This document shows, in pieces, positions 47,691 through 58,219 of a stretch of DNA of 64,000 nt. A program made the position numbers and the translations under genes. Every line of letters starts with the position of its first letter. The stretch's first letter is position 1. Below the pieces are notes generated by a model. It ran no database searches. It had not been told where the DNA came from and was given only the letters and a program-made list of their open reading frames with translations. The stretch comes from Selaginella moellendorffii (lineage: Eukaryota > Plantae > Lycopodiophyta): the NCBI RefSeq assembly GCF_000143415.4, contig NW_003314264.1, positions 3,585,229-3,649,228 of the forward strand, in the 5' to 3' direction.

Positions 47691-48044
47691 TGCGCTTCCT
47701 GGTCACAGTTAGCAAAAAGCACCACTTTTGAGCAAGGGCTCCTCACCTGTTATCGCGTTTTTGCTATGCAATCCCTTCCTCTCTCACGAAACTCTTGTTG
47801 CCACGATCGAGGCCCAAGCTCACCACCGTGTGTAGATCTTTCCCGTTGAAGCTCCGTGATCACCGCTTGCAAGAGAGTAACGCCATCTGTCCATCAAACT
47901 AAGCATGACACCTGTAGAAATAGAAAAATACCTCGAGATTCCTTTGTCCGAATGGCAATCAAGGTATATTCGACAGTCTGCGAATCACTGTCGAAAGTTC
48001 CACACGCCAAGTTAAAAAAAAATGGAGCTTTTGCTATATGTACC

Positions 48045-49797
48045 TCATAGTTCTTCTGGCTCCTTGGACTCCCCAGCGTATATGTTTGAGACGAGGACGT
48101 ATGGAACACCGCTCTCTGGTTGCAACTCGGACATTTTCTTCCCGGCTCGCGAGCCGATCTCCAGATTTCCATGAACCCGGCACGAGTTTAAGAGCGTCGT
48201 CCACACCACGGCGTCAGCTTTGAACGGCATTGTCTCGATCAGTTCCGCGGCCTCCTCGAGCATGCCAGCTCTCCCAAGAGCATCGATGACGCAGCAGTAG
48301 TGATCCAGCGAAGGATCCAATCCAAAGTCGCCGGACATGGACACGAAGTATTGGGTCCCGCGATCGACGAGGCCGATATGGATGCACGCCGTCAGAGCAC
48401 CGACAAAGCTGCTACCAGTCGGCGTCACCCCCTCCAAGAACATGAGCTCCACAAGTCCGAGAGCCTCGCGAGCGTGGCCGTTCTCGGCGTAGCGCTGGAT
48501 CATCGAGTTCCAGAAGACAACGTCGCGGTGCGGGATGGACTCAAACATCTCCCTCGCCACCTCCAGCCTCGCGTTTTGAGCGTAGAGCATCAGCACGCAG
48601 CTGCACGAGAGAAGGCTCCACTGCGGCATCCTGTCGAAGAACTCTTTCGCTCCCTGGATGCTACCATTCTGAGCGTGGCCGGCGATCATCACCGCCCACG
48701 AGACCACGTCCCTGTGAGGCATACCATCGAACAATCCCCGGGCTTCCACCAAAAGATCCTTTTGAGCGTAGGCCGAGACGATGGTGTTCCATGACACCAT
48801 GCTCCACTGCGGCATTCTCTGGGAGGTTGTTCCAGCTTGCTCCAGATCGTTGCCTTGTGATGCATACGCCTGGATCATCGAGTTCCACGACACAACATCC
48901 TTGTGAGGCGTATCATCAAAGATTTGCTTTGTGGAATCCAGGTCTCCAGCTCCTGCGAATGCCTGCGAGATCGCGTTCCACGATATGGTGTTCCGCTCAG
49001 GAATCCTGGCAAACAAATCCCTTGCCTCCTCCAAGTGCCCACTCTCGGCATATGCTGATATCAAGCAGTTCCAGCAGATCACACTCCACTCCGGCGTTCG
49101 ATCGAACACTTCCTTCGCTTCTCTCACAAGTCCAGCTTGTGTATAGCTCGCGAGTACATCCGTCCACGAGATAACATCTCTTTGCGGCATCAAATCAAAC
49201 AAGAGCTTCGACTGGGAGTAATGCCCGTTCTCGGCATATGCGTGAATCATGGCGTTCCAGGACACAAGATCCCACTGGGGCATTTTCTGGAAGATCCGGG
49301 CAGCCTCGATCGTATGCCCATTCTCCGCGCAAGCGCCCAGCATCGCCGTCCACGACACCACATTCCTCTGGAGCATCCCCTGGAAGAAGAACCGGCTGGC
49401 CTCGGCGGAGCAGCCACTGCGCGTGTAGGCCTTGGCCATGGCGTTCCAGCACGCCACGTCCCGCTCGGGAGCGCTGATCCCATCGAAGATCATTCGCGCC
49501 TCCGCGACGCGCCCGCTGTGCCCATACGCCGCGATCATGATCGTCGCGGAGAAGATGTTGGGGCGATCGATGTCGTCGTAGACCATCCGTGCCTCCTCCA
49601 CGCTGCCGCATTTGCCATACATCTCCACCAGGAGATTCGCCAGGAAGCGATTGCCGTGCCAGGCGCTGCCCAGGATCCGGGCGTGGATCGATCGCCCGCG
49701 CAGCAGATCCCTGGCGCCGCCGCACTCGCGGACGATCCGCGCGAGCGCATCGACGCTGCTCTCCTCGCGAGGAGGAGCCCTAGGGCAGAGCCGCATA
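48045..49797 (-). CDS. PLS-class PPR protein with E domain, no DYW (ORF open to 50024; ATG at ~49797 preferred)
   Basis: S-type repeats; HYCCVIDALGRAG...WTTLLNSCRVHG. Confidence 0.9.
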
Positions 49798-49851
49798 TTC
49801 CACGAATCTTCGAATTTATTTGAAAGCATTTGGGGGCAAAGTTCTCGCAGT

Positions 49852-50542
49852 CCGTACAGCAACTTACAGTGGAAATTTCGCGGGTATAAAAAGGGATTCC
49901 AATGAGCTAAGTGCGCGTACGTCAGTGCTGGGATTGAATGCAATGGATTGGCCAACACATTGTCGTGAGTGTCCGGAAAAGAGAAAGAGCGCACCACGCA
50001 ATTTGTGATCGCCCCAAATTCCATGTCAATCCCTTCGACTCTATGTTGGTGTGCATACGGACGATACGGAAAAGAAGAAGCAAAAAACTATGGAAGCCTT
50101 GTAGTGCCATGCGCATCGCAAATTGCTCGCTTTGCCCTCTCAGTGACGTACGTAGTCCGGCCATGTGCCCCATTGCGAGATTTCTTAACAAGAATTTATA
50201 GTTTCCCAGTGCTATCCGTACACAGGGCGCTGGATGGATGGAACCCTAATCTCGGAACAACGCAAAAGCAAAGTGGAAATGGCCAAGTGTCGCATTTATG
50301 CCATGGCCGTGTCGCATGTGACAGCCGTACGAAACGGCACCTCTCGGGCCTGGCCCAAAACCCAGCCCCACGGGAACCAGTCCGTACCGGCCCCCCAATT
50401 GTACGGCGCACGCGGACATGAGGGCTTGCACCGGCCGTACAAGACCCACCGCCCCTCCCTGCGGTGTTCGTACAGCATTTAAAAGGGTGTGGCCGTACAG
50501 AATACGGAAGTGGCCACGTTAGGGTTGAGCGGGAGCGTACGG
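49852..50542. promoter_or_regulatory. Cluster of 11 GTAC (CGTAC) SBP-domain binding cores
   Basis: GTAC at 49854, 49917, 50148, 50218, 50327, 50384, 50401, 50437, 50470, 50495, 50537. Confidence 0.7.
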
Positions 50543-50888
50543 ACGAGCGCTCACCACATAGAGCCTGTTTGTTTGTTTTGGTATATTGGTATTTTATTCT
50601 CCCTCTCTCTCTCTCGCGCTGGTTGTGCCCTTCCTCTCTCTCTCTGTTCTTCCCAGGCTAGGGCTACCAGGAGAATCCATTCTTCTTCCTCTTCCTCTCG
50701 CCAATTCCTTCGATCGCTGAGATTAGGGTTCTTCGCTTCTTCCTCTTTGTCCGTCTCGCCAAGAAAACCACGCCAATTTCTTCTCCCTCTCCTTTTCTCT
50801 TTTTAGGTCGCGAGCGCCTCGGCTTCCTCATGGCTTGATTGATTGGCAGATTGATTGATCCCGCGGCGCGCGCGCGCTCCACAGCAGG

Positions 50889-53082
50889 ATGATGGGTCAG
50901 CAGCCGCAGCAAATGGTGGGGATTCACCACCATCACCACCTCCACCACCACGAATCCGAGCAGCAGCCGATTGTCGTGGACCAGCAGCACAAGCAGCAGC
51001 ACCACCATCACCACCAACACCACCACCACCACCAGCAGCTCATGGAGGAGGAATCCGGCCAGGCAGGAGGAGGAGGAGAGGGCCTCCCGGAAGACGAGGA
51101 AGACGTGGAGGAGGATCCCGAGGACGACGATCCCGCCGAGCTCGCCGCGGCAGTGCCATCCTCGGGCGCCATCGGCGAGGGGATGGCTCCCGGCAATGCT
51201 GACGCCGCCAATCTTGTCCCGGTTCTGGGAGTGGATTCCTCGCGGAGGCAGCACCAGCGACCAAGAGGAGGAGGAGGTAGCGGTGGTGGTGGTGGTGGTG
51301 GAGGAGGAGGAATCTCGAGTTCTTCGTCGGGGTCTGGCGGAGCTGCTACAGCGGTGGTGGTGGCCGCCGCCGCCGCCGCGGCGGGGCTCCAGATGCCTGT
51401 TCTTCCAGTTCCTTGCTGCCGAGTGGATGGTTGTGGCGAGGATCTGTCCACTGCCGGGGATTACCACCGGCGGCACAAGGTTTGCAAGCTGCATGCTACG
51501 TTGCCCAAGGTCATGAATCACGGCCAGGAGCAAAGATTCTGCCAACAATGCAGCAGGTTGGATCTCTCCTCCATATTTTTTCTCTCTTGCGTTTCATTTC
51601 TTCTTTGTTCTTCTTTCCAATCTTTGATAGCGAGAGTGGAATGATTTTTTTTGGCGTGTGTTTCTTTGCATGCTTGTGCTTGCTTGATCCAGTGATCACT
51701 GACAGAAAGATTTTTCTCTCGGTTGAGTTGGCTGATTTTTTTTCTGGTGGCTACTTTCAGATTTCATTCCTTGTCGGAGTTTGACGAAGGCAAGCGGAGC
51801 TGCCGGAAGCGCCTGGCGGGGCACAACGAGCGGAGGCGGAGGCACCAACCGGATTCGCTCGCCACAACTTCCAGTGAAAGTCCTCCATTAACTCAGGGTA
51901 GGCTTTCTCCGCTCTCTTGCATATTCATGAGTTCAAGTCTCTTCTCTCTTTTTTTCTGCGTGTACGGAAGTTCCTTTTTTTTTTGTGATCGTCTTTGGTC
52001 CCTTTTCCTCATCTATTTTTGGTTTTCAGGCCGGGAGAGCAATAAAAAGCCGCGAGAGTGGAAAGGGCGTGGAAGGGGAGGGAGGAGAGGACGAAGTGGG
52101 CTATCCTTCTCCGCACGGGGACCCGGAGACGACCCGAGCAGCCCCCTCGTCTTGCGAGACGAAATCCAGAGTATGTCCTCTAAGCGAAGAGCGGTGAAGT
52201 CAGGTGAAGAGTCATTCTCCATCATTTTCAATGATGCATTCCCAGAGCGTGACAGTGTCAAGGGTAAAATGAGCCTTCGAGTAGCAGACATGATGGAGAA
52301 GAGAGTTGCCGGAGAGTATAAGGAGATTGACGAGCTTGATATTGATATAGCAGACATGGAGCAAGTCAAGGAGGGGCTCGACCTGGGTGAAGGCGTCGTC
52401 ATACCTCCGCTGCCGCTCAAAAGGGACGGGAAGCTGTCGGTGCTCAAAGGCTGGCCACCCCAGGAAGGCGCAGTGCTCAACCCGGACGAGATGCAAATCG
52501 AGACGAGCCTGACACCAAAAGACGAGCTTGAGAACAAGCGAGCATGGCAGAGAGGTACGCTCTTTTTCCTTCGATGTTGTTCTAAACCGCCAACTCGTTC
52601 GTTGCACAGATGACAAAGAGACGCTGCTCCACTGCTTCTGGGAGTGCTCCAAAGTCCAGCCGGTGTGGAGATGGGCCGCGAGGCAGCTGAGCAAGCTCCG
52701 GGGCAGTAAGGTGAAGCTGGAGCTCCGGCAGGCGGTGTTCGGCGGGAAGCTGGATAGCTGGGCCTCGCAGGAGAACGTTTCGGTGTGGAAGCTGTTGCGG
52801 GGGATCATCCTCTGGCAGATATGGTTGGCAAGGAAGGGGAAGGCCTTGTCCGGGATCCAGTGGACTTCGAACAAGGTGATCCGGGCGGCGTGGGTGGACC
52901 TGATGATGTACGCCATGCAGGATTGGCTGGAAGTTTACAAGAAGAAGGAGACCGGCAAGATGGAAGACGCTCACGAGCTGCGCGGGAAGTTCGATTCCAA
53001 GTGGCTGGTGAACCAGTTTGCTGGGAAACGGGCCGAGTGGAGCATGGTTTGGAAGGATCCCGACGACGTTTTGCTTGATTGA
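50889..53082 (+). CDS. SPL: SBP-box (SPL) transcription factor, predicted fused to a LINE-derived C-terminus; exons 50889-51556, 51761-51897, 52030-52554, 52610-53082
   Basis: [31 protein letters not shown]|[27 protein letters not shown]; downstream exons join in frame at GT-AG sites. Confidence 0.8.
52610..53082 (+). mobile_element. LINE (L1-type) ORF2 C-terminal remnant (zf-RVT and downstream W-rich region)
   Basis: [17 protein letters not shown]; [10 protein letters not shown] resembles the ET..HLF..C and W.IW..RN motifs. Confidence 0.75.
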
Positions 53083-53377
53083 CAGGGACGCTCGCTGGTG
53101 TCACTGCAAGAACAGTAATAGAGAAGCAAGAACCGATTAAAATCTCACCAGGAACTTACAGCGTCAGCAGCTTTGGCCTATTAATCTGGACGAGAAAGGA
53201 CTGAAGCAGCTCCTCGTCTGCTTCGCTCTTTATAACACTTTGTACACACGACGGACAACGATTGTTATACTTACAAAAGGCTTTTAAGATGGTGGTGGTG
53301 GTGATGGAACGATCAAAGTCGACAGCTAGCTGGTAGAAAATAATCTCCTTTTCTTCTTCTTCCTTTCTTCTTTTCAT

Positions 53378-53401
53378 TTGGTCTGGTCTGGTCTGGTCTG
53401 G
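53378..53401 (+). repeat. (TGGTC)n pentanucleotide microsatellite
   Basis: About 5 copies visible. Confidence 0.8.
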
Positions 53402-53524
53402 AAAGAACGTTTAATCCCTTGTACGAGGGCTGTAACCATAGTTGAAGTGATTGATCCTAAAAATACGGCTTGGGATATAGCAAACATGATTGACCCTCCC
53501 AAGAACGATAGGAAACTTTAGCTT

Positions 53525-54190
53525 CGTCCACTGGAGTTCGCTGCTTTTACAGTCGCCGGGGACTCTTGAAAGTCGAGCCATGGCGGAAGGGAACAACCAA
53601 CACCATCGACGGAGCCGGATCAAGCGAAGCTCTGCAAGGATGGGTGCCGGGCGGATATCAACACGTACGCGTCGTAGTCGACTCTCCCCCGGGCCTGCTG
53701 CTCCACTCTCCAGCTGCTGTTAAGTTTGAAAGCGAGCTCTTAAACCTTCACACACTGAGTCTCCGATAAACCGAAGAGCGCCAGCGCCTCTTGGCAGCTC
53801 TTGTAGCTGCTGTAGGCCGAGAACATCACGTTCCAGGACACCACGCTCCAGCAGTGCGGCAAAGCGGGCGCTCTGGCCGACGCCCGGATCTTCTACCTCG
53901 GCCTCGAGGCCAACAAGCTCGTCGCCAACTTCCTCATCCTCATGTACGGCAAGTGCGAGAGCATCGACCACCCAGGTGTTCGAGCGGATGGAACGACTAC
54001 TCGTACAGCATCATGCTCCAATGCAGGAAAATGCTCTTGCGCACCAGTCACCCGAAGACGGTCAGGCTGATGAGGTCCGAGTTGGAAGGTCCGGAAGCTT
54101 GCCCATTCTACGGCCTCTTCGCGAAGCTCGCTCGCTCTTCGACGAGCGCAACGTTGTCTCCTGGACCACCATGGTCGAGAACGGCCCATC
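53525..54190 (+). pseudogene. Deleted, frameshifted copy of the PPR gene at 56034
   Basis: Blocks such as aagtcgagccatggcggaaggga and aagctcgtcgccaacttcctcatcctcatgtacggcaagtgc are shared with 56128-56390. Confidence 0.85.
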
Positions 54191-54224
54191 TTCGTGTCCT
54201 ACGCTAGGCTGCACCACAGTCATG

Positions 54225-54335
54225 ACGTACACGCGCTCGCTCTCGGCCTCCTCCGCTCCCCCGCTCTGCTCGAACCGGCGAAGCGAGCGGCAGTGAAGCA
54301 GCATGCTGCGACAGTCTCGAGCATCATGGCTCGAG
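54225..54335 (-). pseudogene. Inverted fragment of AOX exon 3
   Basis: RAMMLETVA / [16 protein letters not shown] / AEEAESER match 58900-59040. Confidence 0.85.
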
Positions 54336-54442
54336 TAGCTTGGTAATGGTTTACTGTACTGAACCTTCTTTTGTTTTCCACTCTAGAATAACTCTTGGCT
54401 ATTGGAACTAAACACTTCTCAAGCACTACAAACCCTTGGTCA

Positions 54443-55039
54443 TCACACCTGAATAACATCACGATCTGGATAGTTCACGAACAAATCGTACTCGTCCGGC
54501 GGGATCATCCTGGTGTCGACTCCAGCCTTGAGCACCTTGAGATTGTTCTCAGCGTCGGTGCGAACTTCCATCAGCATTCCGCGGATGGTCGGCCCGATCA
54601 CGTCGCGAACCTCGTACGAAATGTTGAAATTGAAGGCGGTATCGCACACGTCCTTGCGCACCTCCTCGCCGTAGTCAGGCCGCTCCCACCTGTAAAAGGT
54701 GACGCGGAACCCCCTGGACAGGAGCACGCCAAAGAGGAGGTAAGGCCCGTCGTTCTTGTCCATCTCCCTGTCCAGGCACTCGTACATGTCATAAGGGGTG
54801 CGGCCACAGAGAAAGATGACATCGCCATCCCGCTTGCCCTCGAGCTCGCCACTGCGCAGTGATCAGGAGGACTATGGAAGTTCTTCTTACCTGTAGACAA
54901 TCACTCTTGATACATAGCCAGTCAGGAAGCCCACGGGATCTTTCCAGTAATCAGGAAGACCCAGTTCCTTGATCTTCCAGCTCTTATCGCCCAGCACATT
55001 ATCCGGAGTTACCAGATCCTTGAGACTCACGAACCCCAT
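54443..55039 (-). CDS. Unknown 185-aa protein; exons 55039-54891, 54851-54443
   Basis: ATG, a 39-nt GT-AG intron containing a stop, in-frame join and GC3-biased codons: MGFVSLKDLVTPDNVLGDKSWKIKELGLPDYWKDP...GPYLLFGVLLSRGFRVTFYRWERP...DRDVIQV*. Confidence 0.7.
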
Positions 55040-55059
55040 CCCCAGCCCTAGAATGTACA

Positions 55060-55335
55060 ATCATTGCTGTTATAAGTCTAGTCTACTCTCGTGAATTTAT
55101 CAAAGAACTGATTTGGTCCCTCTCATCACAGGAAAATCACTTCGTCCTCGTCCATCGCAAGTGATAGACGCTACATTGGGATTGAGCTTGCGAGCTTTCA
55201 CTCCAGCACAGGCAGCTCGCGGCATATCCTTCTGGACCTTGGCAGCGGCGAGCCAGGGCATTCAAGATGGCGCGGCATGGTATCTGCAAGGTCCTCGGCC
55301 TAGCATCCCGGCTCGGGTGACTCGGAGGTGATGGA
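55060..55335 (-). pseudogene. Inverted fragment of the 3' end of the PPR gene at 56034-57839
   Basis: Reverse complement matches ctcgccgctgccaaggtccag..gatatgccgcgagctgcc..aagctcgcaagctcaatcc (57657-57731). Confidence 0.85.
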
Positions 55336-55420
55336 AAGAAGATGCCGAACGCTGACCTCGTCCGGTAGCAGGACGAGATGCTCAAAGGCGATGGAGTGTT
55401 TGGAGTATTTCCCTTGTCAG

Positions 55421-55750
55421 CTAGAGCTCCGGCAGGCGGTCTTCGGTGGGAAGCTGGATAGCTGGGCCTCTCAGGAGAATGTTTCGGTGTGGAAGCTCTT
55501 GCGCCCTCGGGCAGATATGGTTGGCGGGGAAAGACCTTGTCCGGGATCCAATGGACTTCAAACAAGGTGATCCGGGCGGCGTGGGCGGACCTGATGATGT
55601 ACGAGATGCAGAACTGGCTGAAAGTTTACAAGAAGAAGGAGACCAGCAAGATGGAAGACTGCACGGCAAGTTCGACTCCAAGTGGCTGGTGAACCAGTTT
55701 GACGGCCCGAGTACAGCATGGTTTGACAGGGTCCCGACGACAATTGACAG
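55421..55750 (+). mobile_element. Second, frameshifted copy of the LINE remnant
   Basis: Near-identical to 52717-53090 but with small deletions breaking the frame. Confidence 0.85.
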
Positions 55751-56033
55751 GGACGCTCACTCCAAGAACAGTATGAGCAGAGAAGCAGGAGCTTACAGCG
55801 TTAGCAGCAATCCGGACGAGAAAGGACTCGCCTGCTTCGCTCTTTATAACACTTTGTACACACGACGGACAACGATTGTTATACTTACAAAAGATGGTGG
55901 AACGATCAAAGTCGACAGCTAACTGGTAAAAAAATTTCTCCTTCTTCTACAGCTTGGGATCTATAGTTGAAGTGATTGATCCTCCAAAAACAAAGCCTGG
56001 GATATAGGCAAACGTTGCAGAGGAGGATGTAGA

Positions 56034-57839
56034 ATGCGCTATAGATTACTTGCGTCCACTAGAGTTCGCTGCTTCCACCGCCACCACCGACGATCTTACA
56101 GTAGCCTCAGCCGCCGGGGACTCGTGAAAGTCGAGCCATGGCGGAAGGGAAAGACCAACAAGTTCACCATCGACGAGGAGCAGTGTAGGAGCCGGATCAG
56201 GCAGGCGGTGGAGGAGCTCTGCACCGATGGCTGCCGGGCGGACATCAACACGTACGCGTCGCTGCTCCAGCAGTGCGGCAACGCGGGCGCTCTGGCAGAA
56301 GGCAAGCGCGTCCACGCCCGGATCCTCCACCTCGGCCTCGAGGCCGACAAGCTCGTCGCCAACTTCCTCATCCTCATGTACGGCAAGTGCAAGAGCGTCG
56401 ACCTCGCCACCCAGGTGTTCGAGCGGATGCCCAGGCGGAACGACTACTCGTACAGCATCATGCTCCAGGCATTTGCCGACTGCGGGCAAATGCGGCTGGC
56501 GCGGGAAGTCTTTGACAAGATGCCGCTCCAGGCCGATATCTCGTGGACCGCACTCATCTCCGGCTACGCCAAGAACGGCTTCCTGGAGGAGGCCGAGGCG
56601 ATCTTCCGGAAACTCCCCCGCCGCCACTTCGTCGCCTGGACCGCCCTCGTCACAGCGTATGCCCAGAACGGGCAAGCTTCAAAGGCGTTCCGGACCTTCC
56701 AACTCATGGACCTGGACGGCTCCCAGCCCGACTCCATCGCTTTCATCAGCGTCTTGGATGCCTGTGCGACCGTCTTCGCACTCGACGCCGGGAGATTGGT
56801 CCACAGGACAGTGGCGGATGCCGCAGTGAGCCTGGATGCCCGAGTTGTCAACATGCTCATCCACCTTTATGGACGCTGCGGCGCTCTTCGTGAAGCTCGA
56901 TCCCTCTTCGACAAGCTGGACGAGCGCAACGTTGTCTCGTGGACCACCATGGTCGCCGCCTATGCCCAGAACGGCTACCCGGACGAGGCCCGAGCCATCT
57001 TCAATGAGATGCCTCGCCGCAACCTTGTGTCCTGGAACGCCATGGTGACGGCCTACGCCGAGAATGGCCGCGGGAAGAAGGCGCTCGAGATCTTCCGGCT
57101 CATGGACCTGGAAGGCACCCAGGCTGATGGATTCACTTACTTGGGATCGCTGGATGCCTGCTCCACGATCCCAGACCTGGCCTACGGGAGACTCATCCAC
57201 GCCGAGATCCGCGAGAGTCGCAGCTCCGGCGATCCCAAAGTTGGCAACGCGCTGCTCAATCTCTATGCCAAGTGTGGCCACCTCCGGGACGCGGTGGCGC
57301 TGTTCGCAACGATGCCGATGAAGATCCTTGCGGCCTGGAACACCATGATCGGGGCCTTCGCTCAAACCGGCCACGGCAAAGAAGCCATCGAAGTCTTCGA
57401 GCATCTGGCGCTGGAAGGCCTGCTACCGGACGAGATTAGCTTCATCAGTGTTCTCTCCGGCTGTGCCTACGCCGGGATCTTCAAGGACGGGCTCCGGATC
57501 TTCGTTTCCATCACGTCCGACTATGGAGTGACCCGAGTCTACGACCACTTCGTGTGCGCTGTGAACATCCTGTGCCAGGCCGGGATGCTGGAGGAGGCCG
57601 AGGAGCTTGCCGATACCATGCCGTTTGTGACCGACGCCATCCCGTGGATGACTTTGCTCGCCGCTGCCAAGGTCCAGAACGATATGCCGCGAGCTGCCCG
57701 TGCTGGAGAGAAAGCTCGCAAGCTCAATCCTAATGTATCGGCGCCTTACGTGATGCTGTCCAGCGTCTATCACATGCGGCGCCAGCAAGCCGGCGAGAGC
57801 GAAGACGAGGACGAAGAGGTGATCTTGTCCGAAAGGTGA
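56034..57839 (+). CDS. PLS-class PPR protein with E domain and mitochondrial-type presequence, no DYW
   Basis: 601-aa intronless ORF; P/L/S repeats; HFVCAVNILCQAG...WMTLLAAAKVQ. Confidence 0.92.
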   Translation: MRYRLLASTRVRCFHRHHRRSYSSLSRRGLVKVEPWRKGKTNKFTIDEEQCRSRIRQAVEELCTDGCRADINTYASLLQQCGNAGALAEGKRVHARILHLGLEADKLVANFLILMYGKCKSVDLATQVFERMPRRNDYSYSIMLQAFADCGQMRLAREVFDKMPLQADISWTALISGYAKNGFLEEAEAIFRKLPRRHFVAWTALVTAYAQNGQASKAFRTFQLMDLDGSQPDSIAFISVLDACATVFALDAGRLVHRTVADAAVSLDARVVNMLIHLYGRCGALREARSLFDKLDERNVVSWTTMVAAYAQNGYPDEARAIFNEMPRRNLVSWNAMVTAYAENGRGKKALEIFRLMDLEGTQADGFTYLGSLDACSTIPDLAYGRLIHAEIRESRSSGDPKVGNALLNLYAKCGHLRDAVALFATMPMKILAAWNTMIGAFAQTGHGKEAIEVFEHLALEGLLPDEISFISVLSGCAYAGIFKDGLRIFVSITSDYGVTRVYDHFVCAVNILCQAGMLEEAEELADTMPFVTDAIPWMTLLAAAKVQNDMPRAARAGEKARKLNPNVSAPYVMLSSVYHMRRQQAGESEDEDEEVILSER

Positions 57840-58219
57840 TCATCCTCGGTGAGACAAGCGATCGATCACTAGATTTCTTCTGACTGTATTAACAGCAATG
57901 CTCGAGGGAATAAAACCAAGCAAGACCAGTTCTTAGCGCGTTGCCAACTTTGCTGTCGAGTCAATTTTTCGCGATCCAAGAGAAAGGGTGCCGGAAGAAT
58001 TTCCCAGACAATGATTCAAGAAAGAAGGAGACTAGATTTCTAACCAGGATCGTTGTCTGGAAAATTTCCCTCTTGTTTCGCTTGATTCCAGCACTTAGCT
58101 AAGATCGCTAGCATGGATAGAACGAGCTTAAGAGTTTGAAAGTGGACACAATTAAATTTGCTGAGCATACCCCTTTAAGCCTAAATATTTGGGTCCTTTT
58201 TCTTTCTCCCAGCAAGCGA

